A DNA stretch of 64,000 bases from the sequence record NC_019406.1, one strand, 5' to 3'. A program made the position numbers and the translations under genes. The notes below the pieces were generated by a model that saw only the letters and a program-made list of their open reading frames with translations, did no database searches and was not told where the DNA came from. Of this stretch, positions 6,881 through 14,462 are shown piece by piece (positions within the stretch are counted from its first letter, which is position 1; each line of letters opens with the position of its first letter).

Positions 6881-6887
6881 AGTTTCT

Positions 6888-6961
6888 TGGGGGATCGTCT
6901 AATGGTAGGACGGTAGAGTCTGGTTCTACAGATATAGGTTCGAGTCCTATTCCCCCATCCA
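6888..6961 (+). tRNA. tRNA-Gln(CTG)
   Basis: GTAGA-GTCTGGT-TCTAC; U73, CCA. Confidence 0.88.
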
Positions 6962-6967
6962 AGTTGT

Positions 6968-7041
6968 TCTCGGGTGGTCTAATGGTAGGACATCTGGTTT
7001 TGGTCCAGAGGGTTGGGGTTCGATTCCTTGGCCGAGAGCCA
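6968..7041 (+). tRNA. tRNA-Gln(TTG)
   Basis: TCTGG-TTTTGGT-CCAGA; G73, CCA. Confidence 0.9.
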
Positions 7042-7053
7042 ACTTGTTCTTGA

Positions 7054-7142
7054 TCTCATGTGGCGGAACTGGTAAACGCACCGGACTGTTAATCCGGCGT
7101 CTCGCAAGAGACTTGGGGGTTCGAAGCCCTCCGTGAGAGCCA
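7054..7142 (+). tRNA. tRNA-Asn(GTT) with long class II variable arm
   Basis: TCTCATG/CGTGAGA, G73, CCA; CCGGA-CTGTTAA-TCCGG; V-arm GTCTC-GCAA-GAGAC. Confidence 0.85.
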
Positions 7143-7171
7143 ATATGTCGCAGCTTCGGCTGCGGCGAAAT

Positions 7172-7255
7172 GCCCTGGTAACCCGGCGCGCACTACGAAT
7201 GCGCGAGCCGTAGCTGGAGTTGAAAAGGCTGGTTCGAATCCAGCCCAGGGCGCCA
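7172..7255 (+). tRNA. D-armless tRNA-Arg(ACG)-like RNA
   Basis: GCCCTGG/CCAGGGC, G73, CCA; GCGCA-CTACGAA-TGCGC; canonical T-arm; only about 9 nt at the D position. Confidence 0.7.
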
Positions 7256-7259
7256 ACAT

Positions 7260-7337
7260 AGCGATGTAGCTCAGTGGATTTAGAGCGTTCCCCTACGAAG
7301 GGAAGGGTCGGGGGTTCGAGTCCCTCCATCGCTGCCA
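7260..7337 (+). tRNA. tRNA-Arg(ACG), canonical
   Basis: Cloverleaf, TTCCC-CTACGAA-GGGAA, CCA. Confidence 0.93.
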
Positions 7338-7343
7338 ACCTCA

Positions 7344-7425
7344 GCGTACAGGCCGAGCAGGATTATCGTCAGGCGCCGCCCTCCGAAGGCGGAGAGGCCC
7401 GGTTCGAGTCCGGGGTACGCTGCCA
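7344..7425 (+). tRNA. tRNA-Arg(CCG), enlarged D-loop
   Basis: AGCGTAC/GTACGCT, CCA; CCGCC-CTCCGAA-GGCGG. Confidence 0.85.
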
Positions 7426-7436
7426 GACATTGAGAG

Positions 7437-7465
7437 TTGACAGGCATTTTTAGGCAGCCTATATC
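7437..7465 (+). promoter_or_regulatory. sigma70-like promoter
   Basis: TTGACA-17 nt-TATATC. Confidence 0.7.
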
Positions 7466-7472
7466 CTCTCAA

Positions 7473-7511
7473 GTGAATTCCAAGCCCGCACCGGGATCGC
7501 TCAGGCGATAA
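7473..7511 (+). CDS. possible 12-aa leaderless peptide (MNSKPAPGSLRR)
   Basis: GTG 36 nt from the -35 start, same geometry as the 6148 leader; followed by a terminator. Confidence 0.4.
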   Translation: MNSKPAPGSLRR

Positions 7512-7542
7512 GGCGGGCCTGGGCCTCCTGATCGTCAAGCAG

Positions 7543-7580
7543 AGCCCCCGCGTGGTCCCGGTCCGCGCGGGGGCTTTGTG
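7543..7580 (+). terminator. intrinsic terminator-like hairpin
   Basis: AGCCCCCGCG...CGCGGGGGCT then TTGTG (weak U-tract). Confidence 0.6.
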
Positions 7581-7626
7581 ATTCGGGCTTATCCTGAGTC
7601 AAGGTATTTATAGTTGACAGACAAGT

Positions 7627-7665
7627 GCCAGGAATCTTGACTCTCCAGGTCGATTCTACTACCGT
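7627..7665 (+). promoter_or_regulatory. GCCAGGAATCTTGAC-type promoter
   Basis: Recurrent 15-mer containing the -35 TTGAC; TACCGT at 17 nt. Confidence 0.6.
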
Positions 7666-7708
7666 GCGCTGCATCAACAACGCGTAGCTACCGTCGGGGA
7701 CGAAGGCT

Positions 7709-7873
7709 GTGTCGGATAACGACAAGGGCCAAACGGTGACCCCCGAGGCCCAAGCTGAAAACCAGGGACAGCAGCGTTTCTACGCGCTGCTTAACGAACT
7801 TCGGGCAGCACTGCGCCGTCCGTCGACGGAGGCTCATACACCCAACCTGGATGTCGAGACCGATCATGGCTAA
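7709..7873 (+). CDS. small hypothetical protein (54 aa)
   Basis: GTG after GAAGG; overlaps next gene start; not in ORF track. Confidence 0.45.
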   Translation: MSDNDKGQTVTPEAQAENQGQQRFYALLNELRAALRRPSTEAHTPNLDVETDHG

Positions 7874-8345
7874 CCAACCGAATGGAGCAGCGCAGGCCGA
7901 TCGCGTGCGGGAGATCGAGATGCGTCTTTGGGAAGAGGTGGGCACCCAACTCAAGGGTGTCACGGAAGCTATGAAGGAACTCGCGCTCGAAATGCGCGAT
8001 GTTCGTGAACGCCTCATTCGTATCGAGGCCCAGGATCAGCCCAAGAAGCTGGCGAGCCTGGAAGAAGACCTGCGCGAGACGCAAGACGAGATTGCGCGCG
8101 TCGAAAAGGACGCAGCGGACGATCTGGCCCGCGCCACGGCGGTCCATCATCAGGAAATCGGCCTGATCAAGTCCCAGGCCACGGCCGACATTGCCCGCGT
8201 CGAGAAGACTGCGGCCGACGACAAGCTTGCGCTCGAAAAGCGCCTTACCCGCATGGAGATGATCATCGCGCCGCTGACCTGCGCCGGCGGCGCCCTGCTG
8301 GCGACGATCATCACGATCTTGGTTCAGAAGTTCACGGGAAGCTAA
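7866..8345 (+). CDS. coiled-coil protein with C-terminal membrane anchor
   Basis: Heptad-rich body; hydrophobic C-terminus; ATG after GGA/GAG-rich RBS. Confidence 0.75.
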   Translation: MANQPNGAAQADRVREIEMRLWEEVGTQLKGVTEAMKELALEMRDVRERLIRIEAQDQPKKLASLEEDLRETQDEIARVEKDAADDLARATAVHHQEIGLIKSQATADIARVEKTAADDKLALEKRLTRMEMIIAPLTCAGGALLATIITILVQKFTGS

Positions 8346-8454
8346 ACTACCTGCGGTCGTTTGCCGCAGCAGCTTCACAATAGGAAGTAGCTTGTGGCTT
8401 CACCAGGGCAAGGGTAGCTTAAACGCTATACCAACGCGCCCTCGGAGGGGACAC

Positions 8455-8691
8455 ATGATTAGCGCCGCTGCCGTTCTGGAATTTCAGGACGACCAAGAAC
8501 AAGAAACGGCGCACACCGCCGACGACTACCAAACGAATCTGATCCGACTGAGTTCCGAGTTTTTCTCACTCATTCAGGACGATGTGACGGAAGAGGGTAA
8601 GCGCCGCCTGGGCGATCTCCACCGAGCGATCGGGGTCGATCTCCAAAAATTCCGTAAGGCTTCCGTCATGGAGGGTCTTGCGGCCATCTAG
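8455..8691 (+). CDS. hypothetical protein (78 aa)
   Basis: GGAGGGG RBS before ATG 8455. Confidence 0.65.
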   Translation: MISAAAVLEFQDDQEQETAHTADDYQTNLIRLSSEFFSLIQDDVTEEGKRRLGDLHRAIGVDLQKFRKASVMEGLAAI

Positions 8692-8717
8692 TTCCTTACG
8701 CCGCAAGGGAGCGACGT

Positions 8718-9542
8718 TTGTCCGAAGCTTTTGAGTCTCACTCGTTCGACGATTCCACGTTCGAGCGTCCTCCCACCAAGTCTAAGGCGCAGGCGCGCGC
8801 TGAACGCCGCGCCGAACGAGCGTCAAAGCAGGCGGAGCATCGCGCTCCGCCGCTGGTGCCCAAGACTGAGAACCAGCGCGAGTACATCGAAATTCTCCGC
8901 GACGCCAATAGCTGCATCGCGCTCGGCCCCGCCGGCACCGGCAAGACCTATATCGCCGCCCGCATCGCGGCGCAGCGCAAGATGGCGGGCCATGTCGACA
9001 AGATCATCATCACTCGCGTGAACGTCTCCAAGCGCGAGCACGCCCTGGGCTTTCTGCCGGGCAACATCGACGCCAAGATGAAGCCCTGGATGACTCCGGT
9101 TGTCGAAGGCCTGCGTGCCGAGGTGTCGGCCAAGGTCATGGACACCTGGAAGGCCGCCGGCGAGTTCGAGATCGTGCCCTTCGAGTTCATGCGCGGGCGC
9201 ACCTTCGACAACGCCTTCGTGATCCTCGACGAGGCTCAGAACGCGTCGTTCGACGACCTGGAACTGTTCGTGACCCGTACCGGTCAGGGTTCGCAAGTCG
9301 TGATCTGCGGCGATCCCGGCCAGATCGACATCCCGAACTCCGGGCTGGAGATCATCACCGACATCGCCGAGGAAAACGGAATCGTCGACACGATCGAGTT
9401 CACCGAGGAAGACGTCGTTCGCTCGGCCGAGGCGAAGGCCTGGGTCAAGGGCATCGCGAAGTACAAGCGCGCCAAGGCTGCGGCCGGTGGCGATGCACGG
9501 AATCTTGACGGTGTCAACCGTTTCATCCATTCTGGGAATTAA
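8718..9542 (+). CDS. phoH: PhoH-like ATPase
   Basis: GPAGTGKT Walker A; FMRGRTF; ILDEAQN; GDPGQID. Confidence 0.95.
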   Translation: MSEAFESHSFDDSTFERPPTKSKAQARAERRAERASKQAEHRAPPLVPKTENQREYIEILRDANSCIALGPAGTGKTYIAARIAAQRKMAGHVDKIIITRVNVSKREHALGFLPGNIDAKMKPWMTPVVEGLRAEVSAKVMDTWKAAGEFEIVPFEFMRGRTFDNAFVILDEAQNASFDDLELFVTRTGQGSQVVICGDPGQIDIPNSGLEIITDIAEENGIVDTIEFTEEDVVRSAEAKAWVKGIAKYKRAKAAAGGDARNLDGVNRFIHSGN

Positions 9543-9571
9543 GGAGTCACGTTTCGGAGGAAACGTGACTC
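9543..9571. repeat. inverted repeat GAGTCACGTTTC-GGAG-GAAACGTGACTC
   Basis: Perfect 12-bp arms; motif recurs near 13497, 30979, 54000, 62541. Confidence 0.75.
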
Positions 9572-9592
9572 AGTCATAGGGTAGAACGGTCG

Positions 9593-10114
9593 ATGGCGTT
9601 TCAATTTGTGGTCGAGACGGGTGAGGGTGATCCCGACGCCAACTCCTACTGCACGGTGGAGTTCGCCGACGACTATTCGGAGATGAACATCCAGCGTTCC
9701 TCGGAGTGGCTCGCTCTGGAGGAAGAGGACAAGCAGCGCATCTTGGCGCGCGCGTCCAAGACGCTGGATGTCCGCTTCAAGTGGAACGGCACGCGCGTCG
9801 ATGGGGACTCCGGTCTGAAGTGGCCACGTGCCGGCGTCTACGACGAGGACGGCTTCATCATCGCTGACGATGTCATCCCCGGCATCCTTCAGGAAGCGAC
9901 CGCCGAGTTCGCCCTGTATCTGATGTCGGATGACTGGACCGCGCCGCGCGACGAAGACCAGTTCAAGGAACTGAAGGTCGACGTGATCGACATCAAGTTC
10001 GACACCACCTATCGCCGCTCCTACATCCCGCCGACGATCGTGGCGATGCTGGAGGGCCTGGGCTCCTCTAACTCGGGCAATCGCCCGGCCTTCAAGAAGA
10101 TCGTCCGGTCGTAA
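9593..10114 (+). CDS. head-tail adaptor (DnaT-like family)
   Basis: ETGEG..DANSY N-terminus, LKWPR motif; first gene of neck module. Confidence 0.75.
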   Translation: MAFQFVVETGEGDPDANSYCTVEFADDYSEMNIQRSSEWLALEEEDKQRILARASKTLDVRFKWNGTRVDGDSGLKWPRAGVYDEDGFIIADDVIPGILQEATAEFALYLMSDDWTAPRDEDQFKELKVDVIDIKFDTTYRRSYIPPTIVAMLEGLGSSNSGNRPAFKKIVRS

Positions 10115-10117
10115 TCC

Positions 10118-10492
10118 ATGGGCCTGAAGAACACGCTCCGTAAGGGGGTCAAGAAGGCGTTCGAGGCGCTCGACGACATCCCCAAGAAGGTCACGTATCA
10201 GAGCGTGTCCGGCGCGCCGGTGCGTGATCTGGATGCGGGGACTTTCACGCGGCCGTCGACCAACTACACGCTGCCTATGGTCGTGTTCACCAGCTTCACC
10301 ACGCGTGAACGGGACAAGGACCCAGCGATCGAGACGAACGACGTCAAGGTGCTCTTCCCCAGCATGGACCTGCCGGTGAAGGCCAAGACGCAGGACACCA
10401 TCATCGACGATGAAGGCGTGCTCTGGGAAGTGATCGACAAGAAGACGGACCCCGCTTCGGTCGTGACCATTCTCCAGATGCGTGCGGCCTAA
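10118..10492 (+). CDS. head closure / stopper protein
   Basis: Size and synteny between adaptor and neck protein. Confidence 0.6.
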   Translation: MGLKNTLRKGVKKAFEALDDIPKKVTYQSVSGAPVRDLDAGTFTRPSTNYTLPMVVFTSFTTRERDKDPAIETNDVKVLFPSMDLPVKAKTQDTIIDDEGVLWEVIDKKTDPASVVTILQMRAA

Positions 10493-10493
10493 C

Positions 10494-10991
10494 GTGGCGT
10501 ACAAGCGCAGCGGGAGCAAGCTCGCTGTTCAAGTCGACAACCCATTCTCTCACGCGTTCGAGCGTTTCTTCGAACAGGCCCAGGATAGCTTCGAGCGCCG
10601 CGAGAACGCGCTGCTGATCAAGCTGAACGAGAAGATTCTAGAGAATACGCCGGTCTGGGAAGGCGACACGATCCTCAATTGGCGGTGGTCGACCCGCGCG
10701 CCGGACATGAGTCACGAAGAGCCGCGCGGAGCCGGCATTGATCCCGGCCCGACGAATTCGATGCCGATCGGGTCTGAACCGCGTCGTAAGGCCAACGAGG
10801 CGCGCCCACGTCGTTCGCTGGCCGGCGCCCTGCGCGCCAAGAAGCCGGTCGACATCTACCTGACCAACACGTCGGACAGCGCCGTCGCCCTGGAGTACGG
10901 GCTGCTGCCCACGCCCCAGCGGTCACGCGTCGACAGTTCAAAGGGGATTGTCCGTCTGGCGATCGCCGAAGCTATGGCAGGTGTCCTGTGA
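10494..10991 (+). CDS. neck / tail completion protein (HK97 gp10-like)
   Basis: TPVWEG...NW and IYLTN...ALEYG motifs; synteny. Confidence 0.65.
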   Translation: MAYKRSGSKLAVQVDNPFSHAFERFFEQAQDSFERRENALLIKLNEKILENTPVWEGDTILNWRWSTRAPDMSHEEPRGAGIDPGPTNSMPIGSEPRRKANEARPRRSLAGALRAKKPVDIYLTNTSDSAVALEYGLLPTPQRSRVDSSKGIVRLAIAEAMAGVL

Positions 10992-11058
10992 TCTGGTTCG
11001 CCGCCTTCCACATCTTGCCCTGGCTGCCGTTCTGGTGGCTCTCTGAGGAGACCTGACC

Positions 11059-11514
11059 GTGTCGATCTTTAACGCCCTCCGTCGTGTCCTGGACACGAAG
11101 GCGCTGGCGGCGGCCACGGAAGCAGGCCTCGCCGGCAAGATTCAGTTGATGAACGAAGAGACCGTCAAGGACAAGCGTGCGGTTCACGCCGAGTTCTGGT
11201 TCCGCACCGGCGGTTCCAAGCAGTGCGAGCTTGGCCCGAATACGTCCCTTGAAATGACCGTGGGCATCTTCCAGTTCACCGTCTACTCACCCGAAAACGT
11301 GGGCAGCGGAAGCGGGACTGCGGCGGCCGATATTCTGCGCGCGCGGTTTAACCGCAAGCAATGGATGGTGGACCCCTACGGCTACGTCAACACCCAGGTC
11401 GCCAACGTCAAGACCCCGATGAGTGGTCCGGTGAACGGCCAGTTCGTGACGATCGTCGACGGCACCTTCTACTACTACCACCGCGATCCCGACGCTGGGG
11501 ACTTCCGGGAATAA
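11059..11514 (+). CDS. tail terminator protein
   Basis: GIFQFTVYSP..GSG motif; directly upstream of tail tube. Confidence 0.65.
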   Translation: MSIFNALRRVLDTKALAAATEAGLAGKIQLMNEETVKDKRAVHAEFWFRTGGSKQCELGPNTSLEMTVGIFQFTVYSPENVGSGSGTAAADILRARFNRKQWMVDPYGYVNTQVANVKTPMSGPVNGQFVTIVDGTFYYYHRDPDAGDFRE

Positions 11515-11545
11515 CGCTTGACGTCAGCTTGACTGGCTGCTATCT

Positions 11546-11584
11546 GCCAGGATTCTTGACACTCTCAGGCTTTTCGAGTAGGGT
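11546..11584 (+). promoter_or_regulatory. GCCAGGATTCTTGAC-type promoter of tail tube gene
   Basis: TTGACA-17 nt-TAGGGT with upstream GCCAGGATTC. Confidence 0.65.
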
Positions 11585-11655
11585 CCACCACATCGGCGCG
11601 CAGACCGGGGCGGTCGCCAGCCAACCCCCTGTTTTGCAACTTTTGGTGGGCAGAA

Positions 11656-13491
11656 ATGGTCCAAATCTTCGCCGACTCCAACCGCGCGGGTCTTCGCTAC
11701 ATCAAGGAAGACCCGAACGCCTGGGGCACCACGCCGGTCGATGGTGTGTCGCGCGCGCTGCGCTACACCGGTTCGACGATCAACGCCAACAAGGAAACGG
11801 CGGTCTCGGAAGAAATCCGTGAAGACCGCATGACGGCCGACTACATCGAGACGGGCGCGCGCTCGGCCGGTGACTTCAACGTCGAATTCTCGGCCGGCTC
11901 GCACGACGACTTCCTGGAATCCTTCGTGTTCGGCGCGTGGACGCGCCCGATGACCTTTGACTCCGTCAAGGGCACCAGCCTGGAATGGGCGAACTCGACG
12001 ACCCTGTACATCAAGGGCCAGGACGTCACCGACTACTTCTTCCCCGGTCGCCGCGTGAAGACGCTGGGCTTCCTGGAGACCGCCAACAACAACTACTGGC
12101 AGATCAGCACGATCACCTGGAACGCGGGCGCCAACCGCACCGAGATCGTCGTGACCGATTCGACCGCCGTGGCCGAGTTGGGCTCGTTCTACACGTCGAT
12201 GATCGACGCCAACGACGTCATCGTCCTGAAGAACGACACGATCCGTGCCGGTACCGGCGGCGAGGCTGCCTTCGACTCGAACGGTTCGAATGCGTTCGCT
12301 GCCGCGATCGCGGCGGGCCAACTGAGCGCGGGTCAGAAGATTTTCGTCGACGGCCTGGGCATCGAAACCGGCACCGTCACGTTCTCGGATCAGCCGGCGG
12401 TGGGCTCGAAGGTCACCGTGTCGGATGGCGACAAGACCCTGGTCTTCCAATTCGGCGGCACCGTGCCTCCCGGTACCGAATCTGTCGACCTGGGCTCGGG
12501 CGCTGACGCGACCGCCGAGAATTTCGCTGCGGCGCTGAACGGCTTCAATCGCGATGGTTCGCTCCTCGTTTCGGCCACCGCTGCTGGCGGCGTCGTGACG
12601 CTGAAGAACCTGCGCCGCACCAACGGCTCGATCCTGGAAACGACCGACACGGGCAACGTGATCACGGTCGCTCAGTTCTCGGGCGGCTCGGCCTCGCTGC
12701 ACGGCGTGTTCAAGATCGAATCGGTCTCGGACGACAAGATCACCGTTTCGCCGGCGCCGGCGACCTTCGCCAACGGCGCAGGCCTGCCCGTGACGATCAA
12801 GGGCTCGATGCTGCGCAACCCGTCGGAAACCGCCGACATCATCCCGCAGTCGTTCACGATCGAAACCGGCTTCGGCGACGTCAGCCAATACTGGATCACC
12901 GATGGCCTGCGCGTCGGCACGTTCACCTACAACATCGCCTCGAACGCGATCCTGACCGGCTCGTTCGGCTTCAACGGCCGCCAGACCAAGCGTCAAGGCG
13001 TGACCAAGCTGGGCGCGGCGCCGTACACGGTCCTGGACTCGACGGCGACGCCGGTCGCGAACGCAACGACCAACGTCGGCGCGATCAAGATCAACGGTGA
13101 AGAACTGTCGACCGCGATCCAGTCGATCACGATCTCGGGCAACAACAACCTGCGTGACCAGAACGCCGTCAGCTACAAGTTCCCCGCCGGCATCGGCGCG
13201 GGCCGCCTGGAAGTGACCGGCAACCTCGTCGCCTACTTCGCCGACGGCAGCCTGTGGGACAAGTTCATCGAGCACGACACCGTTTCGGTGGAATTCTCGA
13301 TCGAGGACGTCCTGAGCAACCACTACGAGTTCACGGTCCCCGCCGTCAACTTCACCACGGACACGGTCAACCCTCCGGGCGGCAACCAGGACGTGATGGA
13401 GAACATGGAATACGGCGCCAAGCGCGACCCGATCACGAAGTGCGAACTCCAGATCGACCGCTTCTCGGCCATCTCCGCCGTCACCGCCTAA
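11656..13491 (+). CDS. major tail tube protein
   Basis: Tail tube-type N- and C-termini with inserted domain; high-expression codon bias; upstream of chaperone and TMP. Confidence 0.85.
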   Translation: MVQIFADSNRAGLRYIKEDPNAWGTTPVDGVSRALRYTGSTINANKETAVSEEIREDRMTADYIETGARSAGDFNVEFSAGSHDDFLESFVFGAWTRPMTFDSVKGTSLEWANSTTLYIKGQDVTDYFFPGRRVKTLGFLETANNNYWQISTITWNAGANRTEIVVTDSTAVAELGSFYTSMIDANDVIVLKNDTIRAGTGGEAAFDSNGSNAFAAAIAAGQLSAGQKIFVDGLGIETGTVTFSDQPAVGSKVTVSDGDKTLVFQFGGTVPPGTESVDLGSGADATAENFAAALNGFNRDGSLLVSATAAGGVVTLKNLRRTNGSILETTDTGNVITVAQFSGGSASLHGVFKIESVSDDKITVSPAPATFANGAGLPVTIKGSMLRNPSETADIIPQSFTIETGFGDVSQYWITDGLRVGTFTYNIASNAILTGSFGFNGRQTKRQGVTKLGAAPYTVLDSTATPVANATTNVGAIKINGEELSTAIQSITISGNNNLRDQNAVSYKFPAGIGAGRLEVTGNLVAYFADGSLWDKFIEHDTVSVEFSIEDVLSNHYEFTVPAVNFTTDTVNPPGGNQDVMENMEYGAKRDPITKCELQIDRFSAISAVTA

Positions 13492-13649
13492 TTGGAGAGT
13501 CACGTTTTCCCCGAAACGTGACTGCTCCTCCTTCTTTTCCCCGACAGACGCCAGTTTAGCCCTCGGGCTTACGGAGTCTCAGCGCTGAGCAGGGCGTCCC
13601 GGAGTCGGGGCCGGGACGCCCACCCTTCCCCTGACAAGGTAACCCGAAA

Positions 13650-14063
13650 ATGAGCGAAGCTCTCGACCTGTTTGAACTGTTCTCGTCCAACAAGGAATCC
13701 GAAGAAGCCGGCCGCTGGGTCGAACTCGGTTCCGGCACCAGCTTCAAGATTCGTGCGTTCGGCGCCAAGGCCGTTTCCGACCTGCGCGACAATCTGACCA
13801 AGCCCTACGCGCAACTGCTGCGCGTCGGCTCGAAGATTCCGGACGACAAGAACGAAGAGATCGGCCTGAAGGTTCTGGCCGGCGCCGTCATCGCCGACTG
13901 GAAGAACGTCAAGAACGCCGCCGGCGAGATCGTCCCCTACTCCGCCGACGAGGCCTACGCCATCCTGAAGGCTCTGCCGAAGCTCGCCAGCTTCATCGTG
14001 CAGTACAGCCTGGAAGGCCAGAACTACCGCGACGAGGCCAAGGAAGACGGCCTGGGAAACTGA
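13650..14063 (+). CDS. tail assembly chaperone (G-like)
   Basis: Between tube and TMP; ends in slippery GGGAAAC-TGA. Confidence 0.85.
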   Translation: MSEALDLFELFSSNKESEEAGRWVELGSGTSFKIRAFGAKAVSDLRDNLTKPYAQLLRVGSKIPDDKNEEIGLKVLAGAVIADWKNVKNAAGEIVPYSADEAYAILKALPKLASFIVQYSLEGQNYRDEAKEDGLGN

Positions 14064-14455
14064 TCAGCGCGCTCGATCAGGCCCTAGAAAATCCTCCCGA
14101 TGCAAATTGGGAGTTCAAGAATACGGCTCGTGTGGCGAAGGGGCTTCCGCCCCTTCCGCCACCACCGCCCCCGATCGAGGTCTATCAAGACCTCCAGTGG
14201 GCATATGCCGGCTTCTGGCGCCTGTCGAACGCGCGCCCCATCGGCATGGCCGGACCACTCCGAATTCCCTTCTCCGAAATCGCCGGCTACTGCCAACTAC
14301 ACGGCTACGATATCGGGAAGCGACTAGACTTCCTCTACTACATCGAACGGCTCGATGACAAGTTCATGGAGTACGTGAAGAAGAAGCAGGACGAGGAAGA
14401 ACAAAAGAAGGCTCAGAATAATGGCGCGCCGCGACCGAATCCTTCGCGGCGCTGA
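14054..14455 (+). CDS. -1 frameshift extension of chaperone (GT-like)
   Basis: -1 frame open from GGG at 14054 to stop at 14455, in frame with track ORF 14132-14455. Confidence 0.8.
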   Translation, partial: GKLISALDQALENPPDANWEFKNTARVAKGLPPLPPPPPPIEVYQDLQWAYAGFWRLSNARPIGMAGPLRIPFSEIAGYCQLHGYDIGKRLDFLYYIERLDDKFMEYVKKKQDEEEQKKAQNNGAPRPNPSRR

Positions 14456-14462
14456 GGGATAG

